Of a stretch of DNA of 64,000 bases, positions 57,094 to 64,000 are shown piece after piece. Under the pieces are notes generated by a model that made no database searches, was not told the origin of the DNA, and saw only the letters and a program-made list of their open reading frames with translations. This DNA comes from an uncultured Bacteroidales bacterium. GTDB lineage: Bacteria; Bacteroidota; Bacteroidia; Bacteroidales; Paludibacteraceae. The stretch lies in the NCBI GenBank assembly GCA_949282265.1, contig CASDOZ010000005.1, positions 173,678 through 237,677 of the forward strand, written 5' to 3'. The translations under genes and the position numbers were made by a program. Numbering within the stretch: the stretch's first letter is position 1; the number at the start of each line of letters is the position of its first letter.

Positions 57094-57203
57094 GGATTAT
57101 AGATAAATCGGTACAAAAATAGAGATATTCCGCAAAAACCGAAACGGGCGGCAACAAAAAAAGAAAACCGGCATCGAAAATCGAAGCCGGCTTTTCAAAC
57201 CTG

Positions 57204-57274
57204 TTGTCTCACGAGGATTCGAACCTCGACAGACAGTACCAAAAACTGTAGTGCTACCATTACACCATGAGACA
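57204..57274 (-). tRNA. tRNA-Gln (anticodon UUG)
   Basis: Hand-folded cloverleaf on the minus strand. Acceptor TGTCTCA/TGAGACA (U1:A72). D-arm GGTGTAATGGTAGCAC. Anticodon stem ACAGT/ACTGT with loop TTTTGGT. T-arm CGAGG-TTCGAAT-CCTCG. Discriminator A. CCA is not encoded. Confidence 0.85.
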
Positions 57275-57339
57275 AGCAGAATGTGATTCAAATCGGCTGC
57301 AAAAGTAGTATTTTTTTTCTGTTCATCAAAATAAAAATG

Positions 57340-57347
57340 TATTTTTG
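57340..57347 (+). promoter_or_regulatory. -7 box TATTTTTG
   Basis: Matches TAnnTTTG and lies 24 nt upstream of the ATG at 57371. Confidence 0.45.
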
Positions 57348-57370
57348 CACAATATTTTTTTCGAGACTCT

Positions 57371-57967
57371 ATGAGTGAAGCAAAATACCCTAAAAGCGTA
57401 TGCGTCTATTGTGGTTCAAGCTCGCAAGTGAACCGGCGTTTTTTCGACGAAGCAGAGAAATTAGGCAAACTGTTGGCACAAAACAATATAGAATTGATTT
57501 ACGGTGCCGGCGGCATAGGTATCATGAACGCGATAGCCGATGCCGTGCAACAGAACGGCGGCCATGTAACCGGCGTCATTCCCCGCTTCATGGTGGAAGC
57601 CGGCTGGCACAACGAGCATTTGGACAAGACCATTGTAACGGCCGACATGCATGAGCGCAAATCCACCATGGCTGAACTGTCGGATGCGGCAGTGGCACTG
57701 CCAGGAGGCATAGGCACGTTGGAAGAAATGCTGGAAATCCTTACTTGGAAACAACTTGGGCTGACCACGAAACCCATTGTCATTGTCAATATAGACGGCT
57801 ATTATGACCCATTGTTGGCCATGCTCAAACAAGCTGTGCAGGAAAAATTCATGCGCCCCGTGCACGAAAACATGTGGACGGTCGTAACCTGCGCAGACGA
57901 TGTGCTGGAAGCCATTCTGAATGCCCCGGAATGGGACAAAAACCAGAAAAAATTTGCCGCCATATAA
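57371..57967 (+). CDS. LOG-family (TIGR00730) nucleotide 5'-monophosphate nucleosidase
   Basis: VCVYCGSS..., GGGIGIM... and ALPGGIGTLEE (PGGxGTxxE) motifs. Confidence 0.85.
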   Translation: MSEAKYPKSVCVYCGSSSQVNRRFFDEAEKLGKLLAQNNIELIYGAGGIGIMNAIADAVQQNGGHVTGVIPRFMVEAGWHNEHLDKTIVTADMHERKSTMAELSDAAVALPGGIGTLEEMLEILTWKQLGLTTKPIVIVNIDGYYDPLLAMLKQAVQEKFMRPVHENMWTVVTCADDVLEAILNAPEWDKNQKKFAAI

Positions 57968-57976
57968 TTTACCGAT

Positions 57977-58714
57977 ATGATATTCCCAACCTTGACATAT
58001 ATACCGGCAATCACATTTACAAACGTGCAAACACATTCCGGCAGCGGTTTCTCCGGCATCCCCATACCATCGCTTCCCTCAACGGAGCTGTGGGTTAGCT
58101 GGTTGTTCGTCGGTTTGGCAATCCTATTGCTACTGACACATTTCATCGACAGTTACACCATTCCGGAATGTTTCAACATTTCATTCAAAGTCAAGGAGCG
58201 AAGTAGCATTTTCACAAAAACGACCCTGCAAAACCCATGGGCACAAAGTTTGTTCTTTGTGTTTCAATTAAGTATTCTTGCCTTGGGCGCCCAAGTCTTC
58301 CTGCAACAGGAAAACGCACCTTTCCAATTTATAGACACGCTCCGATGTTTATTGTTTATCGGTCTGTTTTTCCTGCTTAAATTTCTAGTTTTAAAACTAT
58401 TGGCTTTCGTATTTTTCAACAAAAGCTCCAATGCTGCACTATGGATAAAAACATATTTCCAGTGTATTGGGGCCTACTGTTTTATACTGTTCCCTGTACT
58501 ATTTTTGTATATATTTATACCTGAAAAATACACAATTATTCCAGTTATTCTACTAATTGCCAACACTTTGGCAGTCATTGTCATCCTGATAGTGAAACTT
58601 TTTCAGCTTTTTTTTCAAAAAACATTGGCTTTATTTTACTTATTGTTGTATCTTTGCACGCTCGAAATTTTTCCCGTTCTGGGGTTAATTTCTTTGTTAA
58701 AGATAAGTACATAA
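57977..58714 (+). CDS. Multi-pass membrane protein (DUF4271-like), conserved upstream of hemD in Bacteroidota
   Basis: About 6 hydrophobic helices. The position before hemD matches my recollection of the family's synteny. Confidence 0.6.
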   Translation: MIFPTLTYIPAITFTNVQTHSGSGFSGIPIPSLPSTELWVSWLFVGLAILLLLTHFIDSYTIPECFNISFKVKERSSIFTKTTLQNPWAQSLFFVFQLSILALGAQVFLQQENAPFQFIDTLRCLLFIGLFFLLKFLVLKLLAFVFFNKSSNAALWIKTYFQCIGAYCFILFPVLFLYIFIPEKYTIIPVILLIANTLAVIVILIVKLFQLFFQKTLALFYLLLYLCTLEIFPVLGLISLLKIST

Positions 58715-58740
58715 AATTCTACAAATAAAAGTCTTACGTT

Positions 58741-59499
58741 TTGAAAATAAAAAAAATCTTAGTATCGCAGCCGAAGCCGAGTTCCGAAAAATCTCCTTAC
58801 TTCGACATTATCGACAAGTACAACGTCAAAATAGACTTCCGTCCTTTTATCAAGGTAGAACCTATTTGCGCCAAAGAATTCCGTCAACAAAAAGTATCGA
58901 TACTGGACCACACGGCTATCGTTTTCAACGCGCGCCACGGTATTGACCATTTTTTCCGCCTGTGTGAAGAAATGCGCCTGACCGTTCCGGAAAGTATGAA
59001 GTATTTTTGTGTATCCGAGTCAATCGCACTTTACCTGCAAAAATACATACAGTATAGGAAACGCAAGGTCTTTTACGGGCCAAGCGGAAAAATGCCGGAT
59101 TTGGTACCTATCATGGCCAAACACAGCTGCGAAAAATACCTGATTGTTGTCTCAGACGTACACCAACAAGAAATGATGGATATGTTTCACCGACACAACA
59201 TCAACATTGACAGGGCTATCATGTATCGTACCGTAAGCAACGATTTTGCACAAGACGAACCATTTGACTATGATATGCTGGTGTTTTTCAGTCCCTCGGG
59301 AATAGCTTCGCTGTTAAAGAACTTCCCGAACTACGAACAAGGCGAAACTGTCATTGCATGTTTGGGAAATGCTACCGCACAGGCTGTCCGCGATGCCAAT
59401 CTGCGCTTGGACATAGAAGTACCTTCACCGCAATATCCATCCATGACCATGGCGCTGGATGCGTACATCAAGGAAAACCATAAAAAGGCACGCAAATAG
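58741..59499 (+). CDS. hemD: Uroporphyrinogen-III synthase
   Basis: KILVSQPKP...DHTAIVFNARHGIDHFF...FFSPSGI pattern. The annotated start is TTG at 58741. Confidence 0.8.
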   Translation: MKIKKILVSQPKPSSEKSPYFDIIDKYNVKIDFRPFIKVEPICAKEFRQQKVSILDHTAIVFNARHGIDHFFRLCEEMRLTVPESMKYFCVSESIALYLQKYIQYRKRKVFYGPSGKMPDLVPIMAKHSCEKYLIVVSDVHQQEMMDMFHRHNINIDRAIMYRTVSNDFAQDEPFDYDMLVFFSPSGIASLLKNFPNYEQGETVIACLGNATAQAVRDANLRLDIEVPSPQYPSMTMALDAYIKENHKKARK

Positions 59500-59562
59500 C
59501 ACTAAAAAACAAGGCATAACAGCCACAATCATACAGGACAATCTCAAAGGTGCAATTTTTGC

Positions 59563-59570
59563 TACTTTTG
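59563..59570 (+). promoter_or_regulatory. -7 box TACTTTTG upstream of rnpA
   Basis: Matches TAnnTTTG and lies 52 nt upstream of the ATG at 59622. Confidence 0.45.
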
Positions 59571-59621
59571 GGATTGTTTTTTTAAGCCGAAAATGTCATA
59601 AAAAAAGAAAGCATACACATA

Positions 59622-60044
59622 ATGCCGCAATTCAAGTTTCCAAAAGCCGAAAAGCTATGCAGCAGGGACAGCATCAAACAAGTTTTCACGCAAGGAAAAA
59701 CACTTATGTCCTATCCGTTGCAGTTCCGCTATTTGCCTGTGGACTCATCGGAAACGCGCATTATGGTGAGCGCTCCGAAAAAACGCTTCAAGCGGGCTGT
59801 CGTGCGCAACCGACTCAAACGGCTTATGCGCGAAGCCTACCGCCTGAACCGGCACAACCTGCACGGAGGACAAGCCAGGAATGAAGCTGGCATGAACATC
59901 GTGTGCTGCTACATCGGGCAGGCTGGAATTGATTTCGCTACGGTGGAACAGGCCATGGTCAAAGGATTGCAACACATAGCGCAACGCACACAGAGTGCGC
60001 AAACAGGAAAAGAAAATGGACAACATGGACAAGAAACCGAATAA
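59622..60044 (+). CDS. rnpA: Ribonuclease P protein component
   Basis: [17 protein letters not shown]... and [22 protein letters not shown] (the RNR motif). Confidence 0.85.
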   Translation: MPQFKFPKAEKLCSRDSIKQVFTQGKTLMSYPLQFRYLPVDSSETRIMVSAPKKRFKRAVVRNRLKRLMREAYRLNRHNLHGGQARNEAGMNIVCCYIGQAGIDFATVEQAMVKGLQHIAQRTQSAQTGKENGQHGQETE

Positions 60045-60285
60045 GGAAAACTTTACGGCATGCCTGCAAAAAATCATACAGGCAATCGTACTCGCGCCGG
60101 TCTATTTTTACCGCTGGTGCATTTCACCGCTGCTACCTGCAAGCTGCCGTTACACGCCGACCTGTTCACAATACATGGTTGAAGCCGTACAAAAACACGG
60201 CATATTCAAAGGCGTATGGTTAGGTCTGAAACGGATTGCCCGTTGCCATCCCTGGGGCGGAAGCGGTTACGATCCCGTACCGTAA
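60016..60285 (+). CDS. yidD: Membrane protein insertion efficiency factor YidD
   Basis: [19 protein letters not shown]...[17 protein letters not shown]. Overlaps the rnpA 3' end. The start (60016 vs 59995 or 60025) is uncertain. Confidence 0.85.
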   Translation: MDNMDKKPNKENFTACLQKIIQAIVLAPVYFYRWCISPLLPASCRYTPTCSQYMVEAVQKHGIFKGVWLGLKRIARCHPWGGSGYDPVP

Positions 60286-60321
60286 GACAAAAAAAGTAGA
60301 ACCGATTTACCGAAAAGACGT

Positions 60322-60996
60322 ATGAGAATAGACATTATCAGTGCAGTACCGGAACTTTTGGAAAGCCCGCTGAACCATTCCATTGTGAAACGGGCGCGCG
60401 ATAAGGGCATTGCCGAAATACATGTGCACAACCTGCGCGACTACACGCTTGACAAGCACAGGCGCGTGGACGATTATGCGTTCGGCTTCGGTGCTGGAAT
60501 GGTCCTGCAAATAGAGCCGGTGGACAGGGTGATTTCCAAACTCAAAAGCGAACGGGAATACGACGAAATCATCTATACGTCGCCCGACGGGGAACCTTTC
60601 ACGCAAAAAATGGCGAACAACTACTCGATGGCCGAAAATCTCATGATACTTTGCGGGCATTACAAAGGCATCGACCACCGGATTCGCGAACATCTCATCA
60701 CACGCGAAATCACCATCGGCGACTATGTGCTGACCGGCGGCGAACTGCCCGCGGCCATCATGACAGATGCCATCGTCCGGCTGATTCCGGGTGCCATCAG
60801 CGACGAGACGTCCGCCCTCTCCGATTCGTTCCAAGACAATCTGCTCGCACCGCCGGTTTATACGCGACCCGCGAAATACAAAGGTTGGAAAGTGCCGGAC
60901 ATCCTGCTGTCCGGACACCAGGCAAAAATAGAAGAATGGCTGCACCAACAATCCATAGAACGGACACAGCGGCTCCGGCCGGATTTACTGAAATGA
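60322..60996 (+). CDS. trmD: tRNA (guanine37-N1)-methyltransferase
   Basis: [13 protein letters not shown]..., [11 protein letters not shown] and [14 protein letters not shown] motifs. Confidence 0.95.
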   Translation: MRIDIISAVPELLESPLNHSIVKRARDKGIAEIHVHNLRDYTLDKHRRVDDYAFGFGAGMVLQIEPVDRVISKLKSEREYDEIIYTSPDGEPFTQKMANNYSMAENLMILCGHYKGIDHRIREHLITREITIGDYVLTGGELPAAIMTDAIVRLIPGAISDETSALSDSFQDNLLAPPVYTRPAKYKGWKVPDILLSGHQAKIEEWLHQQSIERTQRLRPDLLK

Positions 60997-60997
60997 C

Positions 60998-61297
60998 ATG
61001 CAGGGACACATAGCGACATACATGATTGCGGCATACTTCGCCTGTATCAACCTGTACGGCTGTTGCCTGTTCGGCTACGACAAATATGCCGCCACACATG
61101 CACGACGGCGAATCAAGGAAAGCCGGCTGCATCTGACGGAAGCATTGGGCAGCGTGTTTGCCATTGTTCCGATGATGTATCTAATCCGGCACAAGAACAA
61201 AAAACCGCGCTACTACGTTCCGACTTATTTGATTCTGGCCGGTTGGTTGTGCCTGATTGGCTGGGCATCGTTCACATATTGGCATAAAACAATTTAA
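60998..61297 (+). CDS. DUF1294-family small membrane protein
   Basis: YDKYAATHARRRIKESRLH...RHKNKKPRY pattern with two hydrophobic segments. Confidence 0.7.
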   Translation: MQGHIATYMIAAYFACINLYGCCLFGYDKYAATHARRRIKESRLHLTEALGSVFAIVPMMYLIRHKNKKPRYYVPTYLILAGWLCLIGWASFTYWHKTI

Positions 61298-61315
61298 CAA
61301 TAAACATATAACGTT

Positions 61316-62287
61316 ATGGACACAAAAATTCGAGTAGGAATCGTCGGGGGTGCTGGATATACGGCCGGTGAGCTGCTGCGCATCCTTATCCATCATCCGA
61401 ATGCGGAAATCACATTCGTAAACAGCAGCAGCAATGCCGGAAACCCGATTGCGGACATACACGAAGGCTTGATCGGCGAAACCGAACTGCAATTCACATC
61501 GGAACTGCCGCTCAACGACATAGACGTGCTGTTCCTGTGTTCCGCCCACGGCGACAGCCGGAAATTCTTAGAAGCGCATCAAATTCCGGCAAACGTAAAA
61601 ACCATCGACCTCGCACAGGATTTCCGGGACGAAAGCGACGGATTTGTGTACGGACTGCCTGAGTTGAACCGGAAACGCATCCAGACTTCCAGCAAGATAG
61701 CCAATCCGGGGTGCTTCGCGACAGCCATTCAGATTGCACTGCTGCCCCTTGCCTCTGCCGGCCTGTTGAAAGATGACGTGCACGTCAATGCCATCACCGG
61801 CTCGACCGGCGCAGGCGTCAAGCCAAGTGCGACAAGCCATTTCAGCTGGCGGAACAACAATATTTCCATCTACAAGGCTTTCGAACACCAGCATTTAAAA
61901 GAAATCGGGCAATCCATCCGGCAACTGCAAGCGGACTTCGCCCACAACATCAATTTCATTCCGGTGCGCGGCGATTTCACACGCGGCATTTTCGTAACCG
62001 CCTACACCAAATGCGACCTGCAAGACGAAGAAGCGCGGCAACTGTACAAGAATTTCTACGCTGATGCCGCTTTCACGTTCGTGGCACACCGAAATCCCGA
62101 CTTGAAACAAGTCGTGAACACAAACAAGGCTATCGTTTATACAGAAAAGCACGGCGACAAGCTGCTCCTTGTTTCCATGATTGATAACCTGCTGAAAGGC
62201 GCATCGGGACAAGCCGTGCAAAACATGAATTTGATTTTCGGATTGGACGAGAAGGCCGGTCTGAACTTGAAAGCCGGCGGGTTTTAA
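61316..62287 (+). CDS. argC: N-acetyl-gamma-glutamyl-phosphate reductase
   Basis: VGIVGGAGYTAGELLRIL..HP, NPGCFATA (catalytic Cys) and DNLLKGASGQAVQNMNL. Confidence 0.93.
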   Translation: MDTKIRVGIVGGAGYTAGELLRILIHHPNAEITFVNSSSNAGNPIADIHEGLIGETELQFTSELPLNDIDVLFLCSAHGDSRKFLEAHQIPANVKTIDLAQDFRDESDGFVYGLPELNRKRIQTSSKIANPGCFATAIQIALLPLASAGLLKDDVHVNAITGSTGAGVKPSATSHFSWRNNNISIYKAFEHQHLKEIGQSIRQLQADFAHNINFIPVRGDFTRGIFVTAYTKCDLQDEEARQLYKNFYADAAFTFVAHRNPDLKQVVNTNKAIVYTEKHGDKLLLVSMIDNLLKGASGQAVQNMNLIFGLDEKAGLNLKAGGF

Positions 62288-62829
62288 CCACGGTAATCCT
62301 GCTGATATTGGTTTTGCAAGCGTTTCCGCGCTGCAAAAATCCGGCTTTTGACCGTCCCGACCGGAAGAGCCAACTCTTGGGCGATTTCTTCATATTTAAA
62401 CCCTTCCAAATGCATACGGAAGGGTTTTTCATATTCTTCCGGCAAAGCCGCTATGCTTCTGGATATTTCTTTTTCCGCCAAAATACCATCACCGCCCAAG
62501 GGCATTTCACGAAGATATTCCATCCCATCGCGATCTTCGGGAGTATCCAAAATGGACTGTTCCTGCAAAACGCGGCGGTAGTTGTTGATAAACAAATTTT
62601 TCATAATGGTCGTCACCCAACCCTTGAAATTCACATCTTGTGTAAATTTTTCCTGATTGTCCAACACTTTCAGAAAGGTTTCCTGCAACAAATCTTCTGC
62701 ATCCGACTTGTTCAGCGTAAGCGAAAATGCGAAATTGTACATATATTCTTTCAATTTCAACAATTCCTGTTCTATGCGGGTGTTTTCCATGATGTTATTT
62801 TTTGCACACACGTCCTCCAAACCAGACAT
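62284..62829 (-). CDS. ECF-type RNA polymerase sigma-70 factor
   Basis: Region 2 (DAEDLLQETFLKVL...FKGWVTTIMKNLFINNYRR) and region 4 (LPEEYEKPFRMHLEGFKYEEIAQELALPVGTVKSRIFAARKRL). The ATG at 62829 overlaps the upstream stop (TGATG). Confidence 0.85.
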   Translation of the reverse strand: MSGLEDVCAKNNIMENTRIEQELLKLKEYMYNFAFSLTLNKSDAEDLLQETFLKVLDNQEKFTQDVNFKGWVTTIMKNLFINNYRRVLQEQSILDTPEDRDGMEYLREMPLGGDGILAEKEISRSIAALPEEYEKPFRMHLEGFKYEEIAQELALPVGTVKSRIFAARKRLQNQYQQDYRG

Positions 62830-63635
62830 CAAAAGTTCAATGCCACGGAAAGGCCAGCAACCGGGAAGCAGGATGAGCCGACCGATTCCGTTGACAAGTA
62901 AGGAGACACCTCCAAATTTATCGAAGAAGACATTTTACGGATATCCTGTTCGTACATGTTTTTCACTTTGGCAACACGTACTCCATCCACAATAGCGCAT
63001 ATATCTACCGTCAGCAACGCGATGGAACCCGCCATCGTCATTATCAAGCCAAACACAGCTTGCGCCTGGTTACGGTTGTAGTTCCCATCAATGTAATAAA
63101 ATGACGTGCCGAAAACCCCTATCCCGACGCTCATGACGACGCTGCTGCCAATTGCGCCACCTAAATAAGCAAAACCACGCCCCACTTCACCGCAAATCAT
63201 TTGACCCAAGCCTGGAATAAGCCATGAACAAACACCGCCCACCGCCGGAACATACCGGTCGCCGGGCTGATAAATATAGGCCGAAGGCACATAAAGATTT
63301 TTATATTCGTTATAGCGCATCCCGGGATAGACCTTGCCTGTTGTCCCGTAATCCGTACTTATCTGGGCACTGGAACTATCGTATGAAGAAACCGATTCCT
63401 GATCGAAAACCTCATTGGTACCATTCTCATATTTCACGAACAGCACATCGTTTTTCAGAATAACATAGAGAGGGCCATCCGGATTATCATAACGCTTATA
63501 CTTGATTTCTGTCGGATTCACTTCCAGTATTTTTGCCAGAATTTCATCGCCATTGCGTTTGGTAATCACATCTTGCGCTTGTATGCAAACCATACTTGCA
63601 AATGCTGCAACCAAAAACATAAAACTCTTTTTCAT
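62829..63635 (-). CDS. Signal-peptide-bearing membrane protein of unknown function, translationally coupled to the ECF sigma gene
   Basis: MKKSFMFLVAAFASMVCIQAQ signal, a soluble N-terminal domain, then Gly-rich hydrophobic segments (GGVCSWLIPGLGQMICGEVGRGFAYLGG...). Confidence 0.65.
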   Translation of the reverse strand: MKKSFMFLVAAFASMVCIQAQDVITKRNGDEILAKILEVNPTEIKYKRYDNPDGPLYVILKNDVLFVKYENGTNEVFDQESVSSYDSSSAQISTDYGTTGKVYPGMRYNEYKNLYVPSAYIYQPGDRYVPAVGGVCSWLIPGLGQMICGEVGRGFAYLGGAIGSSVVMSVGIGVFGTSFYYIDGNYNRNQAQAVFGLIMTMAGSIALLTVDICAIVDGVRVAKVKNMYEQDIRKMSSSINLEVSPYLSTESVGSSCFPVAGLSVALNF

Positions 63636-63984
63636 TTTTGCCGATAATGCCGCCCGCTCCCTGCGCGGATAAATTCAAAAAACAAAATGCGTGAGAGCTG
63701 CAATTTAATGACGCATTCCATCTATCCTTTGCGTTTCACAATCAATCAACACAAACAAACGTGACTCATTAACAATACACAAGGCACCTTTGACCGATAA
63801 AATAAACACAAAGCCGTTGCAAAAATATGTAAAACGGACGACAAAATCAACAAGTACTTATAAAACAAAACAAAATAATCTACTTATAAACAAAATCAAC
63901 ATGGCTCCATTTTCTAACTTTCATAAATAAAATATGTTCTACCGCTTATTACAATCGCTTGCGTGCCATCTCATTTTTTATCGC

Positions 63985-63992
63985 TATCTTTG
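63985..63992 (+). promoter_or_regulatory. -7 box TATCTTTG pointing out of the window
   Basis: Matches TAnnTTTG at the right edge. The target gene is not visible. Confidence 0.3.
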
Positions 63993-64000
63993 CGGCAATA

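Noticed and set aside
57094-57300. Integrative element at tRNA-Gln
   Set aside because: No integrase, excisionase or direct repeat of the tRNA 3' end was seen on either side. Only a small hairpin (about 57163-57196) lies downstream of the tRNA.

Overview
This 64 kb chromosomal segment looks like a Bacteroidota (Bacteroidales-like) genome. The evidence is a SusC/SusD PUL fragment, five proteins ending in T9SS (Por) C-terminal sorting domains, TAnnTTTG -7 promoter boxes and DUF4290-murA synteny. The backbone is core metabolism: serC-serA, aroQ, maf, carA-carB plus a long purF, ftsE, hisIE, asnA, hisF, pyrB-pyrI, glyA, a second purF-like gene, murA, an SNF transporter, sufC-sufD, hemD, rnpA-yidD, trmD, argC and one tRNA-Gln(UUG). 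Several accessory blocks interrupt it. (1) A PUL tail with a frameshifted susD and a lyase-like/beta-helix lipoprotein. (2) A zeta-toxin-type TA pair. (3) A more AT-rich cluster of T9SS-secreted GH5/GH92 enzymes built around a repeated CBM-like module. (4) A solitary Abi_2/HEPN abortive-infection gene. (5) A GH5 beta-mannanase wedged among his and asn genes. (6) An AT-rich two-gene operon (EcoRI-family adenine methyltransferase plus a DUF262-HNH nuclease) preceded by a long nested-helix 5' leader. (7) A T9SS CE8 pectinesterase next to an anSME radical-SAM maturase. The most unusual signal is a two-locus pattern. Two divergent paralogous orphan genes (5801-6649 minus strand, 51576-52370 plus strand) are each preceded by their own 6-7 copy tandem array with a 42-44 bp period. 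Each array carries a different palindromic core (ATTAC-N5-GTAAY versus TTGCG-N4-CGCAA). No CRISPR array, rRNA, transposase or integrase was seen. All family assignments come from motif recognition by eye, and no database searches were run.
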